Part shown: piece by piece, positions 35,595-46,900 of the stretch | Numbering within the stretch: the first letter of the stretch is position 1 | How the letters are laid out: every line of letters starts with the position of its first letter | Assembly: GCA_001179505.1 (NCBI GenBank) | Contig: CDMY01000275.1 | Location: 372,001 to 436,000, forward strand | Source: Vitrella brassicaformis CCMP3155 | Lineage: Eukaryota > Protista > Chromerida | Direction of reading: 5' to 3' | Length of the DNA stretch: 64,000 nucleotides | Translations under genes and position numbers: made by a program | The notes under the pieces: generated by a model | The model's database searches: none | What the model was told of the DNA's origin: nothing | The model's input: the letters and a program-made list of their open reading frames with translations, nothing else

Positions 35595-38208
35595 TCACTG
35601 AATCTGTGACTGAGCGGCCGCAATCCTCTCCTGCAGTGCCTGCAGAAGCCTCGTCAGCTCCCCACGCACCAGTCTGTACAACGGCTCGCTATCCTCTGAC
35701 TCGCCACCCATCCTGTCACTCGACTTGAAGGCCTCCCATGCGAATGTCCGCCGCTCGCCAGCGGGCACCTCAAGCAACTGACCACACACATCCACATGCA
35801 GCGGCTGAAACTGTCCCTGGTGTGTGTGCTTACCTCCCATAGTGTGGTTAGTCGTGTCTTGGGGGTCTTGCTGTGCCTGTCCGCCGCTCCGTCCGCCGCC
35901 TGTTCCTCAGCTTCCACTACGTCTATGGGGCTGGCTTGTGATGGTGGTGGTGGAGGTGACGTAAGTCGTGGGATCAGCATGGGTGCTACGGATGCCTCCT
36001 CGTACAGGCACTCCTGAACGAGAGGCAGCGTGTCTCATCACTTAGCACGCGGAACAGTGCATGTGTGTGGTTCTGTCAGCGCTCACGAGAAAGGTGCGCT
36101 TGAGTCGTTTGTCGAACGTGGCGTCTGTGTGGGCCCGCTCGTCATGGCACCTGCAGTCAGTCAACCAGACAGCGGGGAAAGGTAAGGAAGCCAGCCAAGC
36201 CCAGACCTACCTCTTGTGCAGCATCAGTTTGGTCCTTCGGAGGGTGTCCTTCAGCGCCTCACGCTCCTGCATACGCCACACCCTTGTCCAGACGCTCCTC
36301 CTGCGTGCCTGCCTGCCGTGACGCACTATCCTACTTACTTGTGTAGTGGATTTCTTGGTCTCTTCCAACGTCCAGTCGCGCTGTGTCTTCTGCGAGTCGC
36401 CATACACCTGGTAGGCCTCCTGCACACCTCCAAACATCCTCATACGGGTGAGACAAACAAGCAAACAAAGAGGATATAGGTACCCTTAGGTGTGCTATTT
36501 TGCCGTCGGCCTGCTTCCTGAGGGCCTGCAGCATGTGCTCACGCATCGACTTGACGCTCTCATACTGAAGCGATACAGCCCACAATACGTCTGTCTGTCA
36601 GAAAGCGATGTTCCTCAGCCACCCACCCTCTGACGGGCGATCTCTCTGATCCTCGCCTGCTTCGCCAACACGAGCCCCTTAATCGCCCGCATATACGCAG
36701 CCTGAATGAGACATGGAAGCGCCGCATCTTTGAGATTCTTGTCATGAGGATATTCCCCTCCTACTTGGATCTTGAGTGGGTGCGGTGGGCCATCCGCGTC
36801 TTGGTTCTCTTCAACTGATCCGTCCAAGACGGCCCTGATTGAAGGCGGCAAGCCGGGCAACTCGGAAGCGGACGTCAGGAAGCCGCGGAACTCCTCTGAC
36901 TGGCCCCACTCACCAGGCTGATGGATCCGATCCATCACATCAATCCACAGGTGCGTATGCATTCCGTCAGCAATGTTTGGGCTATTATGATGTGTGTATA
37001 CCTCTGTCCGCATCGACCGGCCCGACTGCGATGACTGCGCTTCGTCTGCTGCTGGCGGCGGGCTGGCCTTCATCTCACTCTCAACCTGCACATGCACATG
37101 CAGCAGCAGCCGCCACGGCCGTGTGCAGTGCCTATATTTCGCTGCCTGACCTGGTTGGCGATGTCCCTGATGGTCATGTGTTGGTCGAGGATCCTCTCGT
37201 ACATGCCCTCCACGTCGCACTGACACCCGGACAGCCGCTGCATCCCCTCCATCTCTTCCAACACGCTGACTTGCGCACTCCGAAGCTCAGCCAGCCTCGA
37301 CTTGAAGTCCTCCATCTACACCGACAGATCGACACGGCGATGGGATGCACACAGCAATCAGCCACCCATCCTGGGCCATCCATCCATCCATCCATCCATC
37401 AGTTTTCCATACCTGTGCATTGCTCTGCGTGAGCAGCTTCTCGTGCATGGCGCGTGATGTGTCCTCGAAGGACTGGTGTAGCCGAGATGCCGCCATCGCC
37501 CTGTGCTCCAACAGCTCGTCAAACTGGAGCAGCACCTGACAATCCATGCAGTGCACCACACGAGGAGTAAGGCGTGCAGTGAGGGCCCTGTTGGTCTGTC
37601 TGTCTGTGTAGCTACTGACCTGCTGGGGATCAGAGTTGAGTGGCGCGCCCATCTCCTTCACCTCACTGTAGATGCGATGCAGCACAGCCTCAAACCTCTC
37701 CCGGACAGTATCATCATCTATAGCAGGGGCAGCATCTGTGGCCGTCCTTTGCGACTTGGATGCTGCAGACACCATCTGACAAGCAGATCGAGAGAATAGA
37801 GTGAGAGAGAGCCACCCGGTGCACGCGTATGTACCTACCTGGACTTCCATCTGCAGCATGTATCGCTTGACCACCTCTGTGAATCTGTGGATGAGCCGCT
37901 CGCCCTCCAACACCTTCTGCCGGTAGCGCAGCTCCTCATCACTCCTGGAACAAAGGAAGCAGCATCCATCCATCCATGCACATTCCCCATCGTCCTCGAT
38001 CTTTACTTCTTCTCGTCTGTCATGCGTCTGTACGCTGCATCGGTCGCCTCCAGCAGCAGCTCCAAATCCTCCACACACACACACAAGAGAATGACACCAT
38101 GAATGTGAGCATAAGGCGTGACCCCTCGCTCACCTGACGTTTGGCCTCTCGGCTCTGCAGCAGCTCCTCCTCGATAGATCTGGCCAGATGCTGGGCCTCA
38201 CTCTCCAT
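35595..38208 (-). CDS. Hypothetical coiled-coil protein, multi-exon
   Basis: MESEAQHLARSIEEELLQSREAK followed by GT-AG bounded exons rich in E/K/R/L/Q heptads (MEDFKSRLAELRSAQVSVLEEME, LQALQERIAAAQSQIQ*). No family recognised. Confidence 0.6.
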
Positions 38209-38287
38209 TGCGGATGATTTCGACCACCGTCTCGCGGTGCGCTTGTCCTCCACACACACACACACAAATCCGAAACCGCCGGCTGGA

Positions 38288-38456
38288 AAGCTGGCTTGAA
38301 AGCTGGCGTCCATCCGGAGAGCTGCCTTTCCGTTTGGAAAGCTGGCCTTCTGCCTGCAAAGCTGGCTTTCCGTAGCGCTGGCTGGCTTTCTGTGTGTCTG
38401 GCCAGCTTTCTAGTGGAGGGCCAGCTTGCCGGCCGAAGCACCAGCGCACCAGCTTT
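38288..38456. repeat. Cluster of AAAGCTGGC 9-mers (four direct, then inverted copies) upstream of the coiled-coil gene
   Basis: Direct copies at 38288, 38299, 38338 and 38358. Inverted GCCAGCTTT at 38401, GCCAGCTTG at ~38420 and ACCAGCTTT at ~38448. Confidence 0.75.
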
Positions 38457-39240
38457 TCGCCGCACCTCGTCGGGTAGTGTGCAGAGGTCCTCCAGTGGAT
38501 CGGACAACCATTCACTTAAGACAGACAGCAGGCTGACTGACGAGTGATCAGATTTAGATGGGGGAGGGGGGTTGCATGGCTGTGGTGCGCGTGGGAGAGA
38601 GCTTGTGATAGCGAGTGGGTAGACACACACACCACAGATACATACATCGATGGCTGTTTTATGCTAGTCGAATTGAGACCCATCAATTGCATGTCTGCAA
38701 AAGGGTCGTTCACGCACACACCCACACACTTGCAAAGCCACGCCACGAGCACCATGAGAATTACTCTCAGACCAGCACTTCTCATGCAGAGCACTGAGTG
38801 GCGGGCAGATTGCCCTCATGGCCAAGCCAAGCAACCGACACACACGCACACACCACACCCATCCAATGAATGACACACATGCACCCACCCAGTCACAAAT
38901 ACACATCAACAACCGAACGGAGGACAGCCTCCTCTCTCCCCCTCGCCATGCCGCCGGCAAAATCTCGTGCAGCTGAGAGGACACACACGCCTCACACACG
39001 CCTAGCGTGCCTCGACAGGCAGACAGACCGACAGACCGACAGACCGACAGACCGACAGACCGACAGGCATTCATTCATTCATTCAGACGAAACTGACAAA
39101 AAGACACACTAACGAATGAATGACCTATCTATCTATCCTATCTCTCTCTCTTCCGGCCCGGCCCGCCCCACCACCACAGCAATACGATGACTGACTGAGC
39201 ACACAGACACTTTAGCGGCCACTAGGACGGACACCTTCAT

Positions 39241-42200
39241 TCAGGTAAGAAAGTCGTCACGGGCATTGTCTGTGGCGTTAGCCGACTGGATGACGACCGT
39301 CTCTCGCGCAGCGTCGTGACACTTGATATCGAGGCTGGTCTCAAAGCCCGTTTGGCAGATGTTACTGACCAGAACTACGTACAGCCCCGGCTCAGGCACC
39401 ATGACAGCTCCGTCATGGACCCCGAAGTCGGCGTTCTTCCAGCTCTCCCCGCGCCAGACGGACGGCTCACGGTACATGCCCGTCTCGCAGCCGCGAAAGA
39501 CGAACACTCCCGTGTTGGCGGCGGTGGACTGGCTGTTGTGGGTGACCGAGAGGAACGTTGGCTTGTCAAACTCAGCGAATAGCATCCGTTGGGACATCGA
39601 GACGCCGAGAGAGCAGGAGAGGTGGAAGGCCGACTGGAGACCCTGCACGAAATCAGCCTGGAAGGCGATGTGCCTGCCGCAGATGGCCTGGGGGCCTTCC
39701 GGGATCAGATTGGTGACATGCGCCTCGTTCAGGAGGCTTGCTGCACACCCAGCTGCACACACACGGACAGACAGAGACAAAAGGAGTAGACCCAGATGAG
39801 ATGCTTTCTTGCCGCCATCCATCCAGGCAGGCAGGCAGGCAGGCAGGAAAGCCGGGAGAGGAGACTGTTCCTTTGCTTACGTATGGGCAGGTCACGGGTG
39901 CCCGGCTCCAGTCCGATGAACGGGACGGACTCGGCCCCCACACGACTTGTGGTGGGCGGCAGCTGCACAGCCGGCCGCTGTTGAAGTTCAGGCACTGCAC
40001 ACAACACAAATCACACACACCAGAGGAGAGGTGGGTGTATACTATACGGAGCCGAGCTGTCATCTCTGCGTGGCTCACTTACCGGTGAAACTGCATGTGC
40101 GTGTGACGGTGCTGCCCTGAATGGTCAGGGCATCCTTCGGCAGCGGTGGGTAGATCATGGCCACCAGCTTATCGCCCGCCCTGACCTCTCCCCTGGAGTC
40201 ATCGTAACTCAATTGTGATGAGCCTCGGCTGTCGACCTTGATCACATCAGCACGGCACTTCTCGTCCTTGGTCACACCGAAGTTAAGGATCATATCGGTG
40301 GTGGAAGGGGTGCCCTCGCCCGAGCTGGTGACGGTCACCTCCACTCCCCTGCCGTCACTCCCGGCGTCGATCCTGAGCAGGATGGTGTCTCGCGAACCAT
40401 CGTCTCCGTCGCTTGATGCCCCGGTGACCTCCACTTTGGCTTTGGATGGCACTTTGCCGTCAATGACGAGGTAGTCGCTGCCCCGGCCACCCACCGCTTT
40501 GACGAGGTCGAGGTCGTCGGCGTCTTCGCTGATAGTCACGGAGATGCAGTCGTTGCCATCCTCGCCATCAGCTGTCAGGCTGCCTTTCCCATCCTCCACA
40601 GACAGAACCAGCGCGTTGTCGGCCGACGTGCCTTTGCAATGCCCGTCAGTGGCGCTGCAGGCCACTTCAGCTGCAGGGGCCTTGGTCAGACAGGTTGGCA
40701 TGTTGTCTGACAGACAAACAGACACGCGGGGCAGACAAACAAACGATGAGACAGACGTGCACACACTTTCTCATTTAAGTGACTGACGTACCGAGCGACG
40801 TGACGGCAGCGTATGCGTCCATGAGGCCGTGTCCCGTCTGATAGTCGTGGCCTTCATCGAAGTCTCCTGGGCCCTGCTGGCTCAGGTCGATGTAGTCGTC
40901 CAGATCAAGCGCGGTCTCGAACAGGATGTCTCGGATTTCTTTGGGCGTCATGCCTGGCTTCCATTCATTCAGGAGGGCTATGACGGCGGCCACGTGCGGG
41001 GCGGCGGCAGATGTACCGAAGAAGTTAGGGGCCACTGATTGCATTCCGACAATGCAATGCAGACAGACGTTGTGGAACGGTAAGGGCTTGGTGGGGCCGC
41101 TCTCTGCCTTACCTTTGTTGTCCACCGGTGTGCCAAAGAATGTGGTGTGGGTCCCGTCAGCAGCGGTGATGTCTGGTTTGGCGCGTATGTCCCCGCCCGC
41201 CGGCTTCTTGTTGCCTTGTGTGTCGTAGAATATGGGTGTGGGCCCGTGCGATGTCGTTGGCTCCGCAGTGGGATACTGTGAACCGTATCGCGGTGTATCG
41301 GCATACTGCATGGGAAACACAACACAAGACCGCCAGGGAAGCCTACGATCGGTCCGCTGTTTCTTTGGCTTACGTAGATGGCCGCTGCAGCGAGGGTATC
41401 CTTCATGTTGGGATGGCCCCAGAGGGTGGGTGCGCCGGTGAAGTGTGTGAGTGGGAAGCCCCACGAGTTGGACCAGATCAAGTAGCGCATCATCTCGGGG
41501 TCAGGCCCCTCCCACTTGACGATCTTGAGCTTGAACACTGTATCGGCACCCGGCACGCCATCCACGTCGATCCCGCCTCGATTCTCAAAGGCAAACATTT
41601 CGTACGCGTCTTTGCCGACGTTCTGGTCGAGCCCGCCTGTCGCCATTTTGGTGTTGAGGAGGTTGTCGGCCATGTCGTACATCAAGATGTCCAGGTCTGA
41701 GCGTGAGCCAACTCCTGGAGCATCTGACGCCGAGGCCCATGGCTCCGACCTGATACCAGAGAGAGTGGCCAGATTAGCATCGCACCATACACTTGATGTC
41801 GTGGAATGTCTCCTTCCCACTGACCACTGCAAGATGATCTGGAAGTCGTTTCCCACCGGCACCGATATGAGCTGCACACAACGTCCAACGATATACGGTG
41901 CAGAGGGGATGGAGCGGTGATTGGGTTGCGTGGATACCTACCTGGTAGTCAGCAACCCTCTCGTCAGACGGGTCGAAATCGTGTGTGACGAGCGAGTTGG
42001 TTCGGCCTCCGAAATCCACGACAGTGGGCTTGCCCGAGTCCCTGAAGGGGGCCTGGTAGGCGTTGATCCCATCACTATACACAGACACAACAAACACACG
42101 AGGGAGGGCGAGGCGAGGCAAGGTGAGGCAGCAGGAGGGAGGGATGAGACGGACGGACGGAGGGCTGCCCTGCCCTGCCCTAGCTACAGTGCGGTGCGGT

Positions 42201-43641
42201 GCGGTGCGCTGACTTACTTGCCAGCCGCTGAGATGTACGGTGTGCCCTCCTCGGCAGCTTTCTGGGCTGCCCGACCCACGATGCCATCCTGCGCACACCA
42301 CACCAGCAACACACTCCGTGTCCGTGTGTGTTGCTTTGCTTTGCTGGCACGTACCTGGAAGAAGGGCTCGCTGCCGTAGCCAATCTAATCAAGGCACGCA
42401 GAATCAATCAATGCCACACCGTGTCACGGGTGGGTCGTCTGTTCAGCCACTCCCCACTCTCTTTGTGTCTGTCTTACGTCATCCACGACGATGTCGCACT
42501 CTTTGGCTAGACGGAGGATGTTGTTTGCAAAGGAGGCTGCTCCCTTGAATGCAGTGGCGAAGGATAGGTCCGCACCGGGAGCCAGGTCGTATACCAGCTG
42601 AGCCATCGCTGAATGAATGAATGAATGATCACATACAGACAGACAGAAACAGACAAAAGTCCCCCCCTCCGCCTCCGTCTGCCCTGACGCCCTGCCCACG
42701 CACCTCTGCCCTCGTCGATGCTCTCTGCACACACGCAAACACACACACACACAGACACACACACACACACACAGAGACAGAGAGAGAGAGAGAGCAATGG
42801 GTCGAGTCGACACGTTTGGTCCCTCCCTCCCTCCCTTCCTTGGCGTGGCGTATGTTTTGTATTTGCGTGCGTCCGTACCTTGGCCATTGAAGTCATCGAG
42901 GATATGGACACCGTCCCTGGGCAAGTCGCCGGTGCTGATGTCGCTGGCCGCAGAGCCAGGAGCGCTCCTCGATGTGTCGAACGAGTCCGAGATGATCCCT
43001 ATCCTCTGCCTCCGACCCGTCACTCCCAGCGTTGTCCTCACCACATCCACATGGTGCGCCGCATCGGCTTGGCTGGTCGTCTGGCCGGTCGCCACATCAT
43101 GGCTGCCAAGTAAGTCAAATGCCCCCCGGTGGACGATAAAGCTCCGAGATGCATAGTGGAGCCTCGGCAGCGACGGCAGCTTGTCGATGGCCGACACGGG
43201 CAGCCGCCCAGACACCACCTTGTGGAACGCCTCACCGTCTTCCATGCCCACCTGCTGCAGCTCCTCCAGCAGCCGAGGGGCGTCGTCCAGGCTCGTGGCA
43301 GCAACATCGACCGTCACCAGGTCAGTTGCGCGGATGGTGGTGAAGCTGCTCACGGCCTCGAGCGGCGCCTGCTGCTCTCCGCCCACCTCATCGCGGCGGC
43401 TGCGAGCAGTTGGCTGTTGCCTCTGCCGGCGGGGTCGCTGGACAGTGGCTGGTGCGCGTACGCCCTCGCCTTCAGGCTGTATGCCGATGAGTGACGAGAG
43501 CGTCCAGCTGATCTTGGCATCCACTGCAGCCTCCTCTGCACTCACGGTTTCGCCCCTGTACTTGGCCACAGACCTGCCGTCCGCCGGGTGCAGACATAGC
43601 AGGGCAACCGAGAGGGCCAAGATGGCAGCTGCTCGCCGCAT
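39241..43641 (-). CDS. Secreted S53-like/S8 subtilase (bacterial type) with prodomain and long C-terminal extension
   Basis: Signal peptide MRRAAAILALSVALLCLHPADG (an alternative ATG is at 43656). Motifs IGIISDSF, DEGRAMAQLVYDLAPGA, IVVDDVGYGSEPFFQDG, YISAAGN, KPDITAADG, FFGTSAAAPHVAA, GHGLMDA. Stop at 39241. Confidence 0.9.
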
Positions 43642-43736
43642 CCTGCCAATTACCATTTTTCCCTCCTGCTCGCTTTCAACCGTTAACGGCCGGAAAGAGG
43701 AAGGAGCGGTTTCACGGAATGTTTTAGAGCAACCTC

Positions 43737-43747
43737 TGCGAGCTTAG
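43737..43747 (+). promoter_or_regulatory. Candidate promoter motif TGCGAGCTTAG between the divergent S53-like protease and LRR-CRMP starts
   Basis: Exact 11-mer in the ~300-bp intergenic region. Confidence 0.6.
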
Positions 43748-43942
43748 CTCAAAGACTTGGGGAAAGGCTGCCTGTTTTTTTGCCATCTATTGCAGCACAG
43801 CTTCAGACTGGCGCAGACCGAGCAGCCGCCAGCTATATCAGCGCAGCAAGCCGGGAGTGGCTGGTGGCATCTAAGGAGAGAGGGAGAGACGGTCATGCCG
43901 TGTGGTGACTGACTGGCTTGGCTGCCTGAGGAGCGCACAGCA

Positions 43943-46900
43943 ATGGCTGCCTCGATCAGTCTCGTCGGCGCGGCGGTTTTGCTATCTTTGGGTGCCGCTG
44001 CCCTTCCGCCTCTCTCTCGACTTGACCGGCGCCAGCTGCAGGTGGATCCAAGGAACGTCACACTACCAGGTGAGCACCTGCACTGAGACCACAAGACGCA
44101 CACGTATGCAATAATCCTATTTATCTGTGCCTCCCTGTGTTTATCTGCTGTGTGACTGTGCACTTTGTCTTTGTGTGTTCCCCCCTCCCAAGGCTGCCCG
44201 CCGCCGCCTGCCCCGGAGGGCTGGTCGTCCATGTGGAAGTACTGCACCTTCGCCCGCAACCCGGTGTTCCGCAGAGATGTGCCGTTCGACCAGGTCAGGA
44301 GTGACCCGTCATCCATCCCCAAGATGCCCGTGGGCGGCGACCAGCTCATTCCACTCGACAGAATGAAGGAGCTCTCCGAGTGCGCCAAGTGCCAGGAGGA
44401 CGCACCGGCTCTCTCCCGGATCTTCCGCGAGGTGGGCATGGCCAGCGACTACGTCGAGGAGTGGCTCAAGAAGAACGTCTGCCAGGTGCCGGGCGTCCTG
44501 TGTGTGGAGATTGACGAGAAGTTCGCCGCCGGCGGAGACAAGCAGGGCTACTTCATCTTCCTCACCGGGCGGGACATCCCCGACGTGCCTGTGCTGCTGG
44601 TCCATGGGCCGCGGGACCAGGAGGTGCAGGTGGACGTGACGCGACTCAAGGCGGCCAATGGGATGGGGCGGGGGCGGCGGAGGTACACACCGCTGCCCAA
44701 GTCCTTCTATGACCTGCGGGCTGTGATGGGCCTGGTGGTGCAAAGCTTTTCGCTGGCGGGGCGGCTGGATGAGGCCATTGGGAAGGTCCAGTCACTTCGG
44801 CTGCTCTACTTCGAAAGGGTGGGCCACACAGATAGATCAGATGAACGAACGCACGCAGAAAGCGACGACAGTGTGTTGACTGACTCCTTCCTTTTCTTTC
44901 TCTTTTTCTTCGTTCGTCAGACGAGTCTGATGGGTCCTCTGCCGGCCAACCTGACGACCCTTTCCCACCTGCAAGGCCTGTACCTCATGGAATCCAACTT
45001 CAGCGGCCCCCTACCGCCCTCACTGCCTGACCTCAAGAACCTGCAGGTGCTCAAGATCGACAAGACGCGCATCGAGGGGTCGCTTCCATACGACATGGGT
45101 CGGCTAAAGAACCTCCGCATCCTCACCGTCACCCACAACCCGCACATGGACGGGCCCGCCCTCCCCCAGTCGCTCACCGAGTGCACCAACCTCACACACA
45201 TCCGCCTTGATGGGTTTCCTGGAGGCCAGGTGCCGCTGTCCATCGGGTCGCTCAAGAGGCTGCGGCTGCTGTCTGTGCCCCGGTGCAACCTCACGGGTGG
45301 TCTGCCGCCGTCTCTGGCCAACATGAGGGCGCTGCGGTACATTGACTTGTCTCAGAATCGGCTGATGGGGAGGGTGCCCGACGAGCTGGGCACCAGAATG
45401 GACCAACTCGTTCACATCAACCTACAAAATAACTCGGTCAGTCAGTCAGTAAGAGAGTAGGCATCTTGTCCTTGTCAGGCACACAAATACGCGACGCGGG
45501 TCTGTGTGTGGTGTGGGATGCCATCCAATACCATCAATGCAGCTGTCTGGCCCGTTGCCAGCCTCTTTGGGTTCGGCGGCCAACCTCAAGTTCATCTTCC
45601 TCAGCCACCAGGCAGACCAGGGCTTCCAGGGCCCCATACCTGAAGCCTGGGGAAACCTGTCAAGACTACGCACACTCGAAGCCAGAAACAACGATGTGCG
45701 TGACCTGACCTCATGACACAATTGCATCGCGAGATATCCACCTGGCCTTTCGCTGTGTGTTGCATGGCGTATTGTGTTGTGTCCTTTAGCTGAGCGGTCC
45801 GCTGCCAGGCAACCTGTCAGGTATGGCGTCTCTGATGCGGCTGGATATTCGTGAGAATCGGCTGTCGGGCACTCTGGATCCCCTCTCACCACTCAAGTCC
45901 CTCATGATCCTACACTTCGATGACAACCAGGTCGGAGACAGACAACACACCCACATAGGCGCACACAAACGTCCACAGAGCGCACGCCGCATGTCGATCC
46001 AACCATTCTTCAGTTTGAGGGCGGCATCCCCTCGGCGTTCGCCAACTTTACCGAGCTGCTGGCGCTCTCAGGAGACAAAAACAAGTGAGGCGGCGCAGAT
46101 GCACAGACACACGCAGGGGCCTGGCACCGGTCGGGAAGATCAAGAGACTCTCCGCCATTGGGGTGTGTTGTGTTGCCGTGCAGGATAAGCAAGATTCCGC
46201 TGTACCTGGACAACCTGCGGTCACTCCGTTCGCTGCGTCTGAGGTCCAACAGTCTGAGTGGCGTGCTGCCGTCCCTGGCGCCCCTGAGGAGCTTGGAGGT
46301 GCTGCAACTCAATGACAACGACATCGAACGATACCAAGACATCGACGACTTCCCCATCAGGTAGGTCAGTCGGGTCGGGCATTCTCAGTGCCTTCCCTGT
46401 GCCCTCTAGGTGAAATGCGTTTGCCTTCCTTGACGTGTGTGTGCAGCTTGAAGGTTCTTGATCTGAGTGGGAATCGGCTCCGCAGCCTGCCGTACAGTTG
46501 GCTGGAGCTGCCGCAGCTGAGGAGTTTGCGGGTGGCCCGCAACCAGGTGTCGCGACTGCCGGCATGGGGACATCGGGGCATTTGCAAAGGCACTGATGGG
46601 GCCATTGTCGGTGAGTGAGTGCAGTGAGGAGCACGGCGCGCGTGTGTAGAAGTCCCTCTTTTAACCACCACCTGTCCTGTGTGTGTGTGTGTGGTATAGA
46701 TGTGTCAGCAGCGAATTATCCCGACCTGGAGAGGGTCAGCAGTTTCTGGCCCAACTTGCGTGAGGTGGACATGTCCGACAACCCCCTTGACATGAGCGTC
46801 AACGACCTCATGGCCGCATTCAAGACAGCATTCAAGTCAGTACTGAATGCATTGACAGACACCAGACTCGTCCATCATCTTCTATCTACTTGTTCTCCTC

